DNA of 61,372 nt, filler included. It is 5 parts of 5 records of this genome, joined end to end, with 100 filler letters (N's around TTAATTAATTAA, not from the genome) between each part and the next. Parts side by side here need not be neighbours in the genome. Positions count along the whole stretch, not along the records: positions 1 to 9,191 come from DRR378314_1605; positions 9,292 to 27,452 come from DRR378314_1607; 3 more parts are not named here. One strand, written 5' to 3'. The position numbers and the translations under genes are program-made. Below are positions 1 through 11,955 of this stretch, piece after piece. Below the pieces are notes generated by a model that was not told the origin of the DNA, ran no database searches, and saw only the letters and a list, made by a program, of their open reading frames with translations. Numbering within the stretch: the stretch's first letter is position 1; the number at the start of each line of letters is the position of its first letter.

Positions 1-30
1 CCTTTCGCGGGCTGGGCCCGCTCCTACAAG
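1..30 (-). repeat. GTAG-type REP (repetitive extragenic palindrome) at contig end
   Basis: Minus strand reads CTTGTAGGAGCGGGCCCAGCCCGCGAAAGG: GTAG followed by a GCGGGC/GCCCGC palindrome. Near-identical units occur at 9292 and 27553. Confidence 0.75.
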
Positions 31-39
31 TCCTCCGCT

Positions 40-1029
40 TTAGTGGTGCCCGCCGCTGGCGGCGACTTGCTCGCCGGGCAGCCAGTCCACCACGCCTTTC
101 ACCGCCACCGGCTCACCGTCCACGGTGACCGGCAGCGACCAGGTGGCCACCTGGGCGCGGCGCCCCGCCTCGGACACCTTTTCCGGCGGCCGCAGGTCGC
201 CGTAGGTGGCGCGCGGCTCGGTCCAGGTGTAGCGGGAACCGCCGGCCACTTTCACCCACCGCGGCTCGCCCTGCGCCTGGTTGGCGTTCATAAAGCTGCC
301 GCCGGGGCCGATGCGCAGATGCGCGCGGCCTTCAGCGTCGGCCACCACCACCGGCTTGCCACTCTGGTTATGAATGTGCACCGCCGGCACCGTGCCCGGC
401 GCCAGGCTCACGCTAACGCCCTTGGCCGGCTCCGGGTCCGAGGTCAGCCGTGACTGGAAGGATCCGGGCGGCAGCGGCTCATAGCGGAACTCGCCGGCCA
501 GGGCGCTTTCCTTGCCGTCGAACCGCACCGGCACCGACCACTTGCTGATCGCCCCCGGCTTACCGGCGTGCTCCAGGTCGTGGGGCACTTCAATTTCGTC
601 GGTACGCAGGCGGGGATCAAACCAGCCCCAGTTGGGCTCCTTGTGCACCAGCGCCCAGCGCGGCTCGGCGTCCTGGCCGGCGCCCTCCGGGATCGGCACG
701 CCGCGGGCGGCGGTCTGGCTGCGGTACCAGGCCGGGCTGGCGAGATCCGCCAGAACGCCCTGCTCGTTGATTCGTAGGAAAACCCGCCCTTCCTGGTCGA
801 AAATCTCCAGGGTGCGCGGGCTGTCGTTGGCGACCACCAATTGCGGCGCCACCGTCGTCTGCACCTGGGCGTTGATACCGTCCAGGGTGGTCGACAACGG
901 CGCCAGCCGCGCCTTCACCGCCTTGGCCTCCGGCCCATGGGCCAGGGCCAGAGTGGGTGCCGTGGCAAGCACGGCACCCAGCAAACAGGCGGCAAGACGA
1001 GCGTGGGTGTTGCGGTTACGTCTCGTCAT
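40..1029 (-). CDS. Secreted hypothetical protein with an internally duplicated domain; predicted mature N-terminal His
   Basis: 329-aa ORF. Signal peptide ends ALA|HGPE. AAGGAG RBS overlaps the stop of the upstream oxidase gene. The two halves share N-x-S...EGR-x-(F/H)LRI...PRW-x-x-V...W-x-(D/E)PR...WS(V/L)PV-x-x-DG. Confidence 0.75.
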   Translation of the reverse strand: MTRRNRNTHARLAACLLGAVLATAPTLALAHGPEAKAVKARLAPLSTTLDGINAQVQTTVAPQLVVANDSPRTLEIFDQEGRVFLRINEQGVLADLASPAWYRSQTAARGVPIPEGAGQDAEPRWALVHKEPNWGWFDPRLRTDEIEVPHDLEHAGKPGAISKWSVPVRFDGKESALAGEFRYEPLPPGSFQSRLTSDPEPAKGVSVSLAPGTVPAVHIHNQSGKPVVVADAEGRAHLRIGPGGSFMNANQAQGEPRWVKVAGGSRYTWTEPRATYGDLRPPEKVSEAGRRAQVATWSLPVTVDGEPVAVKGVVDWLPGEQVAASGGHH

Positions 1030-1038
1030 GTCGACTCC

Positions 1039-3516
1039 TTAGCGTTGAACCACCAGGCCCGGCGTGCTGGAAGGCAGCATCACCTGCACCGGTGCGGATA
1101 CGGACGGCACCACCATGCCGGAACCGTCACTGGCGACACGGTTCACGAACAGCATGTAGTGACCGGCCGGCATCACCGCCGCGTTCTCGGGAATCTGCAC
1201 ACGCACGCTGTTGCCGTTGGCGGTATGCGGCAGCACCACGTTGCGCTGATCACCGTCCACCAGGTGGGTAAGGCTGGTGCGGCGCACCATCATGACTTCA
1301 TTGATGGCGGAGGCGTCGTCCACCGCGATTTCGATGGTGTCGCCGTGATCCACTTCACTCGGCGCCTGGATGATTTCCGGACGGTCCTTGAACACGTACG
1401 GCGGGCTGTAGATCTCGAAGGACGGGTCACGACCGTCGTTCGGGGACAGGCCCAGCTCTTCCAGGTTGAGGCTGAACAGGTAGGCGGTGTTGATCGGCGC
1501 GTGGCCGCCCACCAGCACCCGGCCGTCGGGGAGCAACAGCGCGGTGTTGTGGTAGGTCCGCGGGTTCAGCGAGGTGGCCATTTCGGTCCACTCGCCGGTC
1601 TCGGGATCAAACCGTTCGGTCATCTGTACCGGGGTGGCGGAACCGGGCAGCACCACTTCGTCCCGGTTGGCGCCGTTGAACGCCATCACTGAACCGTCGG
1701 GCAGCAGCACACCGGTGGAGTACCAGCGCGGGCCGTTCAGGTTACCGACGATCTCGGAGGAGTAACGCATGCCGGTTTCGGTATCCGCGTTCACTTCCAC
1801 GGTATCCAGACGGCTGTTGGGTACCGCCAGGTAGCTGCCCGGGCTGGTGGCCGCCACCGCGCCCAGTACACCGCCGGCGGTAAGGAAGCTGGCTTCGTTG
1901 TAGTTGCCGCTCTCATCCTGACGCAGGGGCATCATGATGGAGAAGCTGGAACCGCGGAAACCGGCGCCGATCAGACGGTTGGCCACCTGCGGGTCGGCCA
2001 CGTCGCCGAGCACGTTTTCAAGCTGTTCCAGGCTGCCGATGGGATCGCCGAGCAGGTTGGTCAGCAGGCCTTCGCCGGTGCCGATCAGGTCTTCCAGCAG
2101 ATTGGGGCTGGTCAGGCTCAGCGCCGAGGTGATGCGCTCCAGGCCCAGCTCATCGAGCTGCACGTTCAGACCGGCGTAGCCCAGGTCGGTCCAGAGTTGC
2201 TCTTCCGGATCGTAGGCGGACACGAAGTTCCACTGCGCCTGGTTGTAGGACTGGCCGAACGGGTTGAACGCTTGCCCGGCGGCGTTATAGAACACCTGGC
2301 CGTTGGGCAGCAGGTGCAGACGCGGGTACAGCGGCAGCGCCTTGCCGGCGGTGGTGTCGAGACCCGGCAGCGGACGCTCGCCGTTCTCGGACCAGGTGCC
2401 GGTGTCGAGATCATAGGTTTCGCTGGTGCGCACGTTGTCCGCGGACTGCAGCAGCTCACGCAGGCCGGTGCTTTCGCCACCCAGCAGCGCACCGGTGTAG
2501 ACCGGCTTGAGCAGCTTGGTCACGCCGCTGGCCACGAACACGTCACCGTCCGGCAGGGTCACCATGCTCGGGTACCAGCGGCCGTGATTCATGTGGCCGG
2601 TCTGGGTCCAGCTGTTGTCGTCCGGGTTGAAGATACGGGCGTCTTTCAGACCTTCCAGCTCCACCACGCCGATGTCGTCGGGCACGCTGATTTCGCCGAA
2701 GTTACTGGGCAGCGGGACTTCGTTGTCAATCGAGCCCAGCACGTCGCGGGCCTGCGGGAACACGGAACCCAGGGACGGCTCGGTGTAGTAGTCGGTGCCG
2801 CCCACCGCCATGATGCGGCCGTCGGCGAGCTGGATCACGTCGGCGCAGAACAGGGCGCCGTCGTTGCCGGCGGTGCTTTCCGCGTCGCTGAGCTCGGCGC
2901 CGGGCAGCAGGGTGTCGCTGTCGTTGCCGTCCACGTTGGCGCCGCCGCGAACCGGTGACGGACGCTCCCAGGAGATCTGGTCACTGGCGCCGGCGGGGCC
3001 GAAGTTCAGCACCCGGGTCTGGTCGTTCACCGCCACGAAGCCGAATTCGGCGACGATGGAGAACTCCACGTTCTCGGTGCCTTCCAGGGCGTTGAAATAG
3101 ATCAACCGGTTATCCGGCAACAGCGCGATGGAACCGGCGGCGGGCTTACAGCGCAAGGCACCGTCCGCGTCCTCCAGACATTTGTCCTCGGTGGTCACCA
3201 CTTTCAGGTTGTCGCCGGTGCTGGAATCGCTGTAGCGGATGGTGGGCTCGGCAAACGGGCCTTCAAATTTACCCACCAGACACTCATCGCCTTCACAGCT
3301 GTACTGACGACCACTGAAAGACGATCCCTGAGGCGCCGGGGCAGGCGCCATCGGATCGTCAGCGCGGGGCGTGCCGGGGTCGGTGGCGGGGGTACCGCCA
3401 CCACCGCCGCCGGTGCTGGCCGTTGTGCCGGCACCACTGGAACCGCTGTCGCCGCCACAGGCGATCAGCGCCGTGGTCAGCAAGCCCAGTCCGATAAACC
3501 GTTCAAGGTTTTTCAT
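1039..3516 (-). CDS. Lipoprotein galactose-oxidase-like copper radical oxidase (AA5; Kelch propeller plus C-terminal early-set/DUF1929 domain)
   Basis: Lipobox LIAC. Motifs LFCA (cross-link Cys), RWYPS (cross-link Tyr), LYP, RTYHNTALLLPDGRVLVGG (Tyr/His ligands), EIYSPPY, THLVDGDQR (His ligand) and PAGHYMLFV. Confidence 0.88.
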   Translation of the reverse strand: MKNLERFIGLGLLTTALIACGGDSGSSGAGTTASTGGGGGGTPATDPGTPRADDPMAPAPAPQGSSFSGRQYSCEGDECLVGKFEGPFAEPTIRYSDSSTGDNLKVVTTEDKCLEDADGALRCKPAAGSIALLPDNRLIYFNALEGTENVEFSIVAEFGFVAVNDQTRVLNFGPAGASDQISWERPSPVRGGANVDGNDSDTLLPGAELSDAESTAGNDGALFCADVIQLADGRIMAVGGTDYYTEPSLGSVFPQARDVLGSIDNEVPLPSNFGEISVPDDIGVVELEGLKDARIFNPDDNSWTQTGHMNHGRWYPSMVTLPDGDVFVASGVTKLLKPVYTGALLGGESTGLRELLQSADNVRTSETYDLDTGTWSENGERPLPGLDTTAGKALPLYPRLHLLPNGQVFYNAAGQAFNPFGQSYNQAQWNFVSAYDPEEQLWTDLGYAGLNVQLDELGLERITSALSLTSPNLLEDLIGTGEGLLTNLLGDPIGSLEQLENVLGDVADPQVANRLIGAGFRGSSFSIMMPLRQDESGNYNEASFLTAGGVLGAVAATSPGSYLAVPNSRLDTVEVNADTETGMRYSSEIVGNLNGPRWYSTGVLLPDGSVMAFNGANRDEVVLPGSATPVQMTERFDPETGEWTEMATSLNPRTYHNTALLLPDGRVLVGGHAPINTAYLFSLNLEELGLSPNDGRDPSFEIYSPPYVFKDRPEIIQAPSEVDHGDTIEIAVDDASAINEVMMVRRTSLTHLVDGDQRNVVLPHTANGNSVRVQIPENAAVMPAGHYMLFVNRVASDGSGMVVPSVSAPVQVMLPSSTPGLVVQR

Positions 3517-3828
3517 TTGTCTCTCTCCCGAGGGCGTTGTTATTCAAACCTGAGGTGTTCAAAACCAATCAGTGAGACGCGATGTATACGTCTTCTCACG
3601 CAAGATTGTGCGCCGGGGGAAAGAGGGGCGTCATGAAGGTAGTGCCAGGTCTTACCACATCACGACAGTTATTCACCGCATGAACATGCGGCTTAACAAA
3701 GACGCCTTAAAATTTTCACGCGCTGCTGACGGGGAAAACAAATTGAGGGGGTTTGTGTAGCGGAATCAAGCACTTATGGAGACTAACGTACTAATACCAA
3801 AGAACGATTGCAAGCGCGGCGGATCAGA

Positions 3829-5058
3829 TCACACCGCCTGGCCGGCGCACCAGCCGCTCGCCCAGGCCCACTGGAAATTGAAGCCGCCCAGCTCGCCGGT
3901 CACGTCCAGTGCTTCGCCGATAAAATACAAACCGGGCACGCTTTTCACTTCGAACGTCTTGGAGGAAACCGCGTCCGTGTCGATGCCGCCCAGGGTCACT
4001 TCGGCGGTGCGGTAGCCCTCCGTGCCGGACGGCTTGAACCGCCAGCCTTTCAATACCGAGGCGATTTCCGCCAGGGCCTCGTTGCTGTAATGCTGCAACG
4101 GTCCGGACCAGCCGAAGTGCTCGGCCAGCGCGGCGGCCAGCCGCTGCGAGAAAAACCCCCGCAGCCACTTTTCCACGCCGGCGGCGGGCTGCGCCTTGCG
4201 CGCCTCGCGCAACGCCGCCAGCGGGTCCGCCAGGGCCGGCAGCCAGTCCACGGTCACCGCCTCCCCCGGCGACCAGAAGCTGGAAACCTGCAACATCGCC
4301 GGACCGGACAGACCACGGTGGGTGATCAACATGGGCTCGGCGAACGCGCGCCCCCCGGCCTCGGCCCGCACCTCGGCGCTGACGCCGCTGAGTGCCGCCA
4401 GCCATTCCTTATCGGCGGGCTGCAGCGTGAACGGCACCAACCCGGCCCGGGTGGGCAGCACCCGCAGACCGAATTGCTCCGCCACCCGGTAGGCGAACGG
4501 GCCGGCGCCCAGGGTCGGAATCGACAGCCCGCCGCTGGCGATCACCAGCTTGTCACAGCGAATCGATTCGCCTTCGGCGCGCAGCACAAAGCCGTCGTCC
4601 CCCAACGCTTGTGATGAGGCGCCACTGTCGGCGCCCTCGCCCACCGGCCGGTTGTTAATGTGCGTCACCGATGTCTTGAGGTGCACCTCGGCCCCGGCCC
4701 ACTCGCACTCGGTAAGCAGCACCTGAAGAATCGCCTTGCTGGAGGTGTCGCAGAACAACTGGCCCGGCGCCTTCTCCACATGACCGACGCCGTGACGCTC
4801 CACCATCTCGACGAAGTGCCAGGGGCTGTAGCGGTGCAACGCGGATTTGCAGAAATGCGGGTTGGCGGACACGAAATGGTCCGGCGTGGTGTTCAGGTTG
4901 GTGAAATTGCAGCGCCCGCCGCCGGACATCAGGATCTTCTTGCCGGCCTTGTTGGCGTGGTCCAGCACCAGCACCGAGCGGCCGCGGTAACCGGCGCTGG
5001 CGGCGCACATCAAACCCGCCGCGCCGGCACCGATTACCACCACATCGTACTGCTGCAT
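3829..5058 (-). CDS. HI0933/YhiN/BaiN family FAD-dependent oxidoreductase
   Basis: GAGAAG, GKKILMSGGGRCNFTN, EVTLGG, GELGGFNFQWAWASG. Start trimmed to ATG 5058 (MQQYDVVVIG). Confidence 0.92.
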   Translation of the reverse strand: MQQYDVVVIGAGAAGLMCAASAGYRGRSVLVLDHANKAGKKILMSGGGRCNFTNLNTTPDHFVSANPHFCKSALHRYSPWHFVEMVERHGVGHVEKAPGQLFCDTSSKAILQVLLTECEWAGAEVHLKTSVTHINNRPVGEGADSGASSQALGDDGFVLRAEGESIRCDKLVIASGGLSIPTLGAGPFAYRVAEQFGLRVLPTRAGLVPFTLQPADKEWLAALSGVSAEVRAEAGGRAFAEPMLITHRGLSGPAMLQVSSFWSPGEAVTVDWLPALADPLAALREARKAQPAAGVEKWLRGFFSQRLAAALAEHFGWSGPLQHYSNEALAEIASVLKGWRFKPSGTEGYRTAEVTLGGIDTDAVSSKTFEVKSVPGLYFIGEALDVTGELGGFNFQWAWASGWCAGQAV

Positions 5059-5062
5059 TCGC

Positions 5063-6351
<1,289 letters not shown>

Positions 6352-6362
<11 letters not shown>

Positions 6363-7605
6363 CGGCGTCCTCCTCGGATTGGTCCTGGTCGCCTTTCCAG
6401 GTCTGGTTACGGTCGCGACGGTTGCGGCTGCGGCGGCGCGAACGGCGTTGCGCGGCGCGCCCTTCGGCGACCTCGTCCTCGTCGTCCTCGAATTCCTCGT
6501 CCCCTTCATCGTTGGCCGCCATGTACAGCGTGCGGCTGGGGAAGGCGAACTCGGCGCCGTGCTCATGGACAATGGCCATGATGCGCATCAGCACGTCCTG
6601 TTTGATTTCATGGTAGGTGACCCAGTCCGTGGTCTTGGTGAAGGTGTAGATAAAGAATTCAATGTGCGACGCGCCGTAGCTGTCGAAGTTGACGATCAGG
6701 GTGCGGTGTTCGGTTTCCAGATCCTTGTGCTTCTTGGCCATCTCGCGCACCGCGTCGACGATGGCGGGCATCTTCTCCCAGTCGTCGAAGCGGATGCCCA
6801 CCTTCTCGTTGATGCGGCGGTTAAGCATGCGCGACGGGTTTTCCAGGATCACCGTGGTGAACATGGCGTTGGGCACGTACAGCGGCCGCTGGTCGAAGGT
6901 GCGGATGCGCGTCAGGCGCCAGCCGATGTGCTCCACCGTGCCTTCGATGCTGCGGTCCGGCGAGCGCACCCACTCGCCCACTTTGAACGGCTTGTCCATG
7001 TACACCATGGCACCGCCGAAAAAGTTGGCGAGCAGATCCTTGGCGGCGAACGCCACCGCCATGCCACCCAGGCCGCCGAACGCCAGCACCCCGGAGATGC
7101 TGTAACCGAGCGTCTGCAGAATGATCAGAAAGGCGGTGATCAACACCGAAATGCGCAGCAGCTTGCCCACCGCCGAGGCGGTGGTCTGATCCATCGGGTT
7201 GCGCATGCGATCGGGGTCGATCAGGTTTTTTTCCACGTTGCCGACCAGCTTGGTCAGGAACAGCGCGACGATAAGAATGAACGCCACGCGGCGGGCGTCG
7301 CCGACGTAATCGAACACCGCCGCCTCGGACACCGCCTGCATCATTTCCGCGGCCACCGACAGGCCCACCACCCAGATCAGCAGGCGGATCGGAATGCGCA
7401 GGGAATCCAGCAGGGCGTCGTCCCACAGGTTGTGGGTTTCGCGGCTGAAGTGATCAATGATGTCGATCACCCGCATCAGGATAAAGTTGACGGTGACGGT
7501 GCACAGCACCACGGCGAAGACCTGAGTCACCCACAACGCGGTTTCGGTGTCCGGCCCGGGCCACACCAGAAGTTGTCGCCAGTCGGTCAGCGCTTCCCAA
7601 TTCAT
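6352..7605 (-). CDS. MscS-family mechanosensitive channel (YnaI-like)
   Basis: N-terminal TM helices; LAFGGLGGMAVAFAAKDLLANFFGG, KPFKVGEWV, EGTVEHIGWR, AEFAFPSRTLY. Confidence 0.92.
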
Positions 7606-8624
7606 TACAGGTCCTTATTAAGCAGGTCGGCCACGTCGCCGGCCTGCCGGCGGCGGCTCAGATGCATGGGGGCGCGGGGCTTGCCGCGCAGGGCGGCGGC
7701 GCCGACCCGGTGCTCGAAGCGTCGGCCTTCCAGCCATTGCGCCACGGCCACGGCGCCGGGGCGGTCGTTGCACACCAGCACCATGTCGCAACCCGCCCCC
7801 AGGGCGGCCTGGGCGCGCTGGGAAAAGTCTCCGGCACCGGCGGCGCCGGCCATGCCCAGATCGTCGGAGAAGATCACACCGCGGTAGCCGCAGTCACCGC
7901 GCAGCACCTTGCCCAGCCAGTGGCGGGAAAAACCCGCCGGCTCGGCGTCCACCGCCTGGTAACGGACATGGGCGGGCATGATGCCGTCCAGACGCGGCGC
8001 CAGCGCCTTGAACGGCACCAGGTCGTCGTGCAGCTGTTCCCAGGTACGCGGGTCTTCCGGCAGCTCCAGATGGGAGTCCGCCGCCACGTGGCCGTGGCCG
8101 GGAAAGTGCTTGCCGGTGGCGGCCATGCCGGCGCGGGCCATGCCGTCGATAAAGGCGCCGGCCAGTTCGGTGACCGCGTGCGGATCGGCGTTGAAGCTGC
8201 GGTCGCCAATCACGCTGCTGGTGCCGAAATCCAGATCCAGCACCGGCGCGAAACTGATGTCGATGTCGTAGGCGCGCAGCTCGTCCGCCATCAGTTCGCC
8301 GAGCAGGTCGGCGGCGTGGCAAGCGGCTTCGGGATCGCGCCCGTGGTAACGGCCCAGCGCCGCCATCGGCGGCAGGCGGGTGAACTCGGTGCGGAAACGC
8401 TGCACCCGGCCGCCCTCCTGGTCCACGGCGATCAGCAGGTCCGGGCGCGCCGCCCGCACTTGGTGAATCAGCTCGTAAAGCTGGTCCGGTTCCTGGTAGT
8501 TGCGGCTGAACAGAATCAGGCCGCCCACCGCCGGGTGACGCAGCAACTCCTGCTCTTCCGCCGTTACGGTAAGGCCTTCCAGGTCCAGCATCAGCAGCGG
8601 CTGGGTATCGGTTTGGTTCGACAT
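7605..8624 (-). CDS. nagZ: Beta-N-acetylhexosaminidase (GH3)
   Basis: AVDQEGGRVQR, KHFPGHG..AADSH, IFSDDLGMAGA. Confidence 0.95.
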   Translation of the reverse strand: MSNQTDTQPLLMLDLEGLTVTAEEQELLRHPAVGGLILFSRNYQEPDQLYELIHQVRAARPDLLIAVDQEGGRVQRFRTEFTRLPPMAALGRYHGRDPEAACHAADLLGELMADELRAYDIDISFAPVLDLDFGTSSVIGDRSFNADPHAVTELAGAFIDGMARAGMAATGKHFPGHGHVAADSHLELPEDPRTWEQLHDDLVPFKALAPRLDGIMPAHVRYQAVDAEPAGFSRHWLGKVLRGDCGYRGVIFSDDLGMAGAAGAGDFSQRAQAALGAGCDMVLVCNDRPGAVAVAQWLEGRRFEHRVGAAALRGKPRAPMHLSRRRQAGDVADLLNKDL

Positions 8625-8636
8625 AAGCGGGGTGTC

Positions 8637-9110
8637 TTACTCGACGATGGTCACCGGCGTGGCCACCGGTACCCGTTCAAAAAGAGTGATCACATCCGTG
8701 TTGCGCATGCGGATGCAGCCATGCGAAGCCGGCTCGCCCATGGGCTGGTCGTCCGGCGTGCCGTGAATATAAATAAAGCGGCGGAAACTATCCACGTCGC
8801 CGCCCTGATTGACGCCCGGCTGCAGACCGCCGAGCCACAGAATGCGGCTGAGAATCCAGTCCCGTTCCGGGGCTTCCCGTGCCCGCTCCGGGTCGTAAAA
8901 CTCACCGTGAAAGCGACGGCCCGCGAACACCGCGCCCGCCGGCAAACCGGCGCCGAAGCGGGCCCGCACCAGATGCCGGCCGCGCGGCGTGGCGCCGCTG
9001 CCGTGGCGCTCACCGGCGCCCACGGCGGCGGTGGACACCGGAAACCGCAGCGTGTCTTCAGGGCTTTCCAGAGTCAGGGTTTGATCGCTGAGCGACACGA
9101 GAATAGGCAT
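8637..9110 (-). CDS. L,D-transpeptidase family (YkuD domain) protein
   Basis: TPRG and the catalytic motif IYIHGT...ASHGCIRM. Confidence 0.9.
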   Translation of the reverse strand: MPILVSLSDQTLTLESPEDTLRFPVSTAAVGAGERHGSGATPRGRHLVRARFGAGLPAGAVFAGRRFHGEFYDPERAREAPERDWILSRILWLGGLQPGVNQGGDVDSFRRFIYIHGTPDDQPMGEPASHGCIRMRNTDVITLFERVPVATPVTIVE

Positions 9111-9161
9111 AGCGAGAAGATACAGGATGGGCGCCGGGTTGTAAGCACTGTGGCGGCGGAA

Positions 9162-9191
9162 CCTTGTGGGAGCGGGCCTTGTGGGAGCGGG
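9162..9191 (+). repeat. REP-derived tandem 15-mer (CCTTGTGGGAGCGGG x2) at contig end
   Basis: Two exact copies matching the 5' half of the REP unit seen at 1-30. Confidence 0.7.
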
Positions 9192-9291
9192 NNNNNNNNN
9201 NNNNNNNNNNNNNNNNNNNNNNNNNNNNNNNNNNNTTAATTAATTAANNNNNNNNNNNNNNNNNNNNNNNNNNNNNNNNNNNNNNNNNNNN
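9192..9291. other. Artificial contig-joining spacer
   Basis: N44-TTAATTAATTAA-N44 (stop codons in all six frames). Confidence 0.97.
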
Positions 9292-9333
9292 CCCTTTCGC
9301 GGGCGAGGCCCGCTCGCACAACCGCTCCCACAG
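9292..9333 (-). repeat. REP element at contig start
   Basis: CCCTTTCGCGGGCGAGGCCCGCTCGCACAA followed by a partial copy CCGCTCCCACAGG. Confidence 0.7.
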
Positions 9334-9337
9334 GATC

Positions 9338-10387
9338 TTATTTTTCGCGAAGGCGCCGCAGCGCCCAAGAGGCGTGCTCCCGGACCAAATCGCTGGGATC
9401 GTCGAGCGCCGCCTCCAGGGCCGCCAGCGCTTCGGGTGAGGCCGGGCCGTTGCCCAGCGCCACCGCCAGATTGCGCCGCCAGCGTTCGAAACCGGCGCGG
9501 CGGATCGGTGAGCCTTCGGTGCGGCGCAAAAACGTCTCTTCGTCCCATTGGAACAGCGTCACCAGCTCGCTGTCCGCCAGGCCGTGGCGGGGCTGGAAAT
9601 CGGTTTCCTTGCTGTGCGAGGCGAAGCGGTTCCAGGGGCACATTAACTGACAGTCGTCGCAGCCGAACACCCGGTTGCCGATGCCGCGGCGCAGGTCCTC
9701 CGGAATCGATCCGGGATGCTCGATGGTCAGGTAGGAGATGCAGCGCCGCGCGTCCAGCTGGTAGGGCGCGACAATGGCGTCGGTGGGGCACACCGTCATG
9801 CAGGCGGAGCACTTGCCGCAGTGGTCCTCGGCGGGCCCGTCCACCGGCAGCGGCAGGTCGGTGTAAATCTCGCCGAGGAAAAACCAGCTGCCCGCGTGGC
9901 GATTGAGAATCAGGGTGTGCTTGCCCTGCCAGCCGAGCCCGGCTTTCTCGGCGAGGGGTTTTTCCATCACCGGCGCGCTGTCCACGAAGGCGCGGGCCAG
10001 ACGGGTGTCGGCCACTTCTTCGCGGATCAGCGCCGCCAGCCGCGCCAGCCGTTTGCGCACCAGCTTGTGGTAGTCGCGGCCCAGGGCGTAGCGGGACACA
10101 TAGGCTTTCTCTTTTTGCTGCAGCACCTTGACCGGCTGGGTGTCCGGCGGCAGGTAGTCCATGCGCAGCGACAGCACACGCACGGTGTCCGGCTCCAGCT
10201 CCGCCGGCCGCGAGCGCTTGTTGCCGTGGGCGGCCATCCAGCCCATCTCGCCGTGGCGGCCGGCGGCTAGCCAGTCGTGCAGGCGCTGTTCCGCCTGGCT
10301 CAGGTCCAGGTCGGCGACGCCCATCTGCTGGAAGCCCAGCGCCCGGGCGTGCTCGGCGATGCGTGTTTTCAGGTCGCTGAAATCCAT
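9338..10387 (-). CDS. queG: tRNA epoxyqueuosine(34) reductase
   Basis: SRYALGRDYH, FVDSAPVMEK, and two Fe-S motifs (CGKCSACMTVCP; CISY...GCDDCQLMCPWN). Divergent from nnr. Confidence 0.96.
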   Translation of the reverse strand: MDFSDLKTRIAEHARALGFQQMGVADLDLSQAEQRLHDWLAAGRHGEMGWMAAHGNKRSRPAELEPDTVRVLSLRMDYLPPDTQPVKVLQQKEKAYVSRYALGRDYHKLVRKRLARLAALIREEVADTRLARAFVDSAPVMEKPLAEKAGLGWQGKHTLILNRHAGSWFFLGEIYTDLPLPVDGPAEDHCGKCSACMTVCPTDAIVAPYQLDARRCISYLTIEHPGSIPEDLRRGIGNRVFGCDDCQLMCPWNRFASHSKETDFQPRHGLADSELVTLFQWDEETFLRRTEGSPIRRAGFERWRRNLAVALGNGPASPEALAALEAALDDPSDLVREHASWALRRLREK

Positions 10388-10455
10388 GGAAGCCAGGTGG
10401 GTGATATAGTGTCGGTCAGCCAGTTTGGTGACCCGAAACGCAAGGATAACAGTGA

Positions 10456-11955
<1,500 letters not shown>

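Noticed and set aside
940-1029. Tat signal on the oxidase partner (MTRRNRN)
   Set aside because: RR is present but the following x-F-L-K-type hydrophobic residues are absent; the export route is left undetermined.
3631-3649. Sigma-54 promoter for the oxidase operon (TGGCAC on the minus strand)
   Set aside because: The -12 position reads TCAT rather than TTGC, so GG-N10-GC is not satisfied.
9192-9291. TTAATTAATTAA palindrome recurring four times inside N runs
   Set aside because: Identical N44-12mer-N44 spacers are a standard six-frame-stop linker used to concatenate contigs, not a biological repeat.
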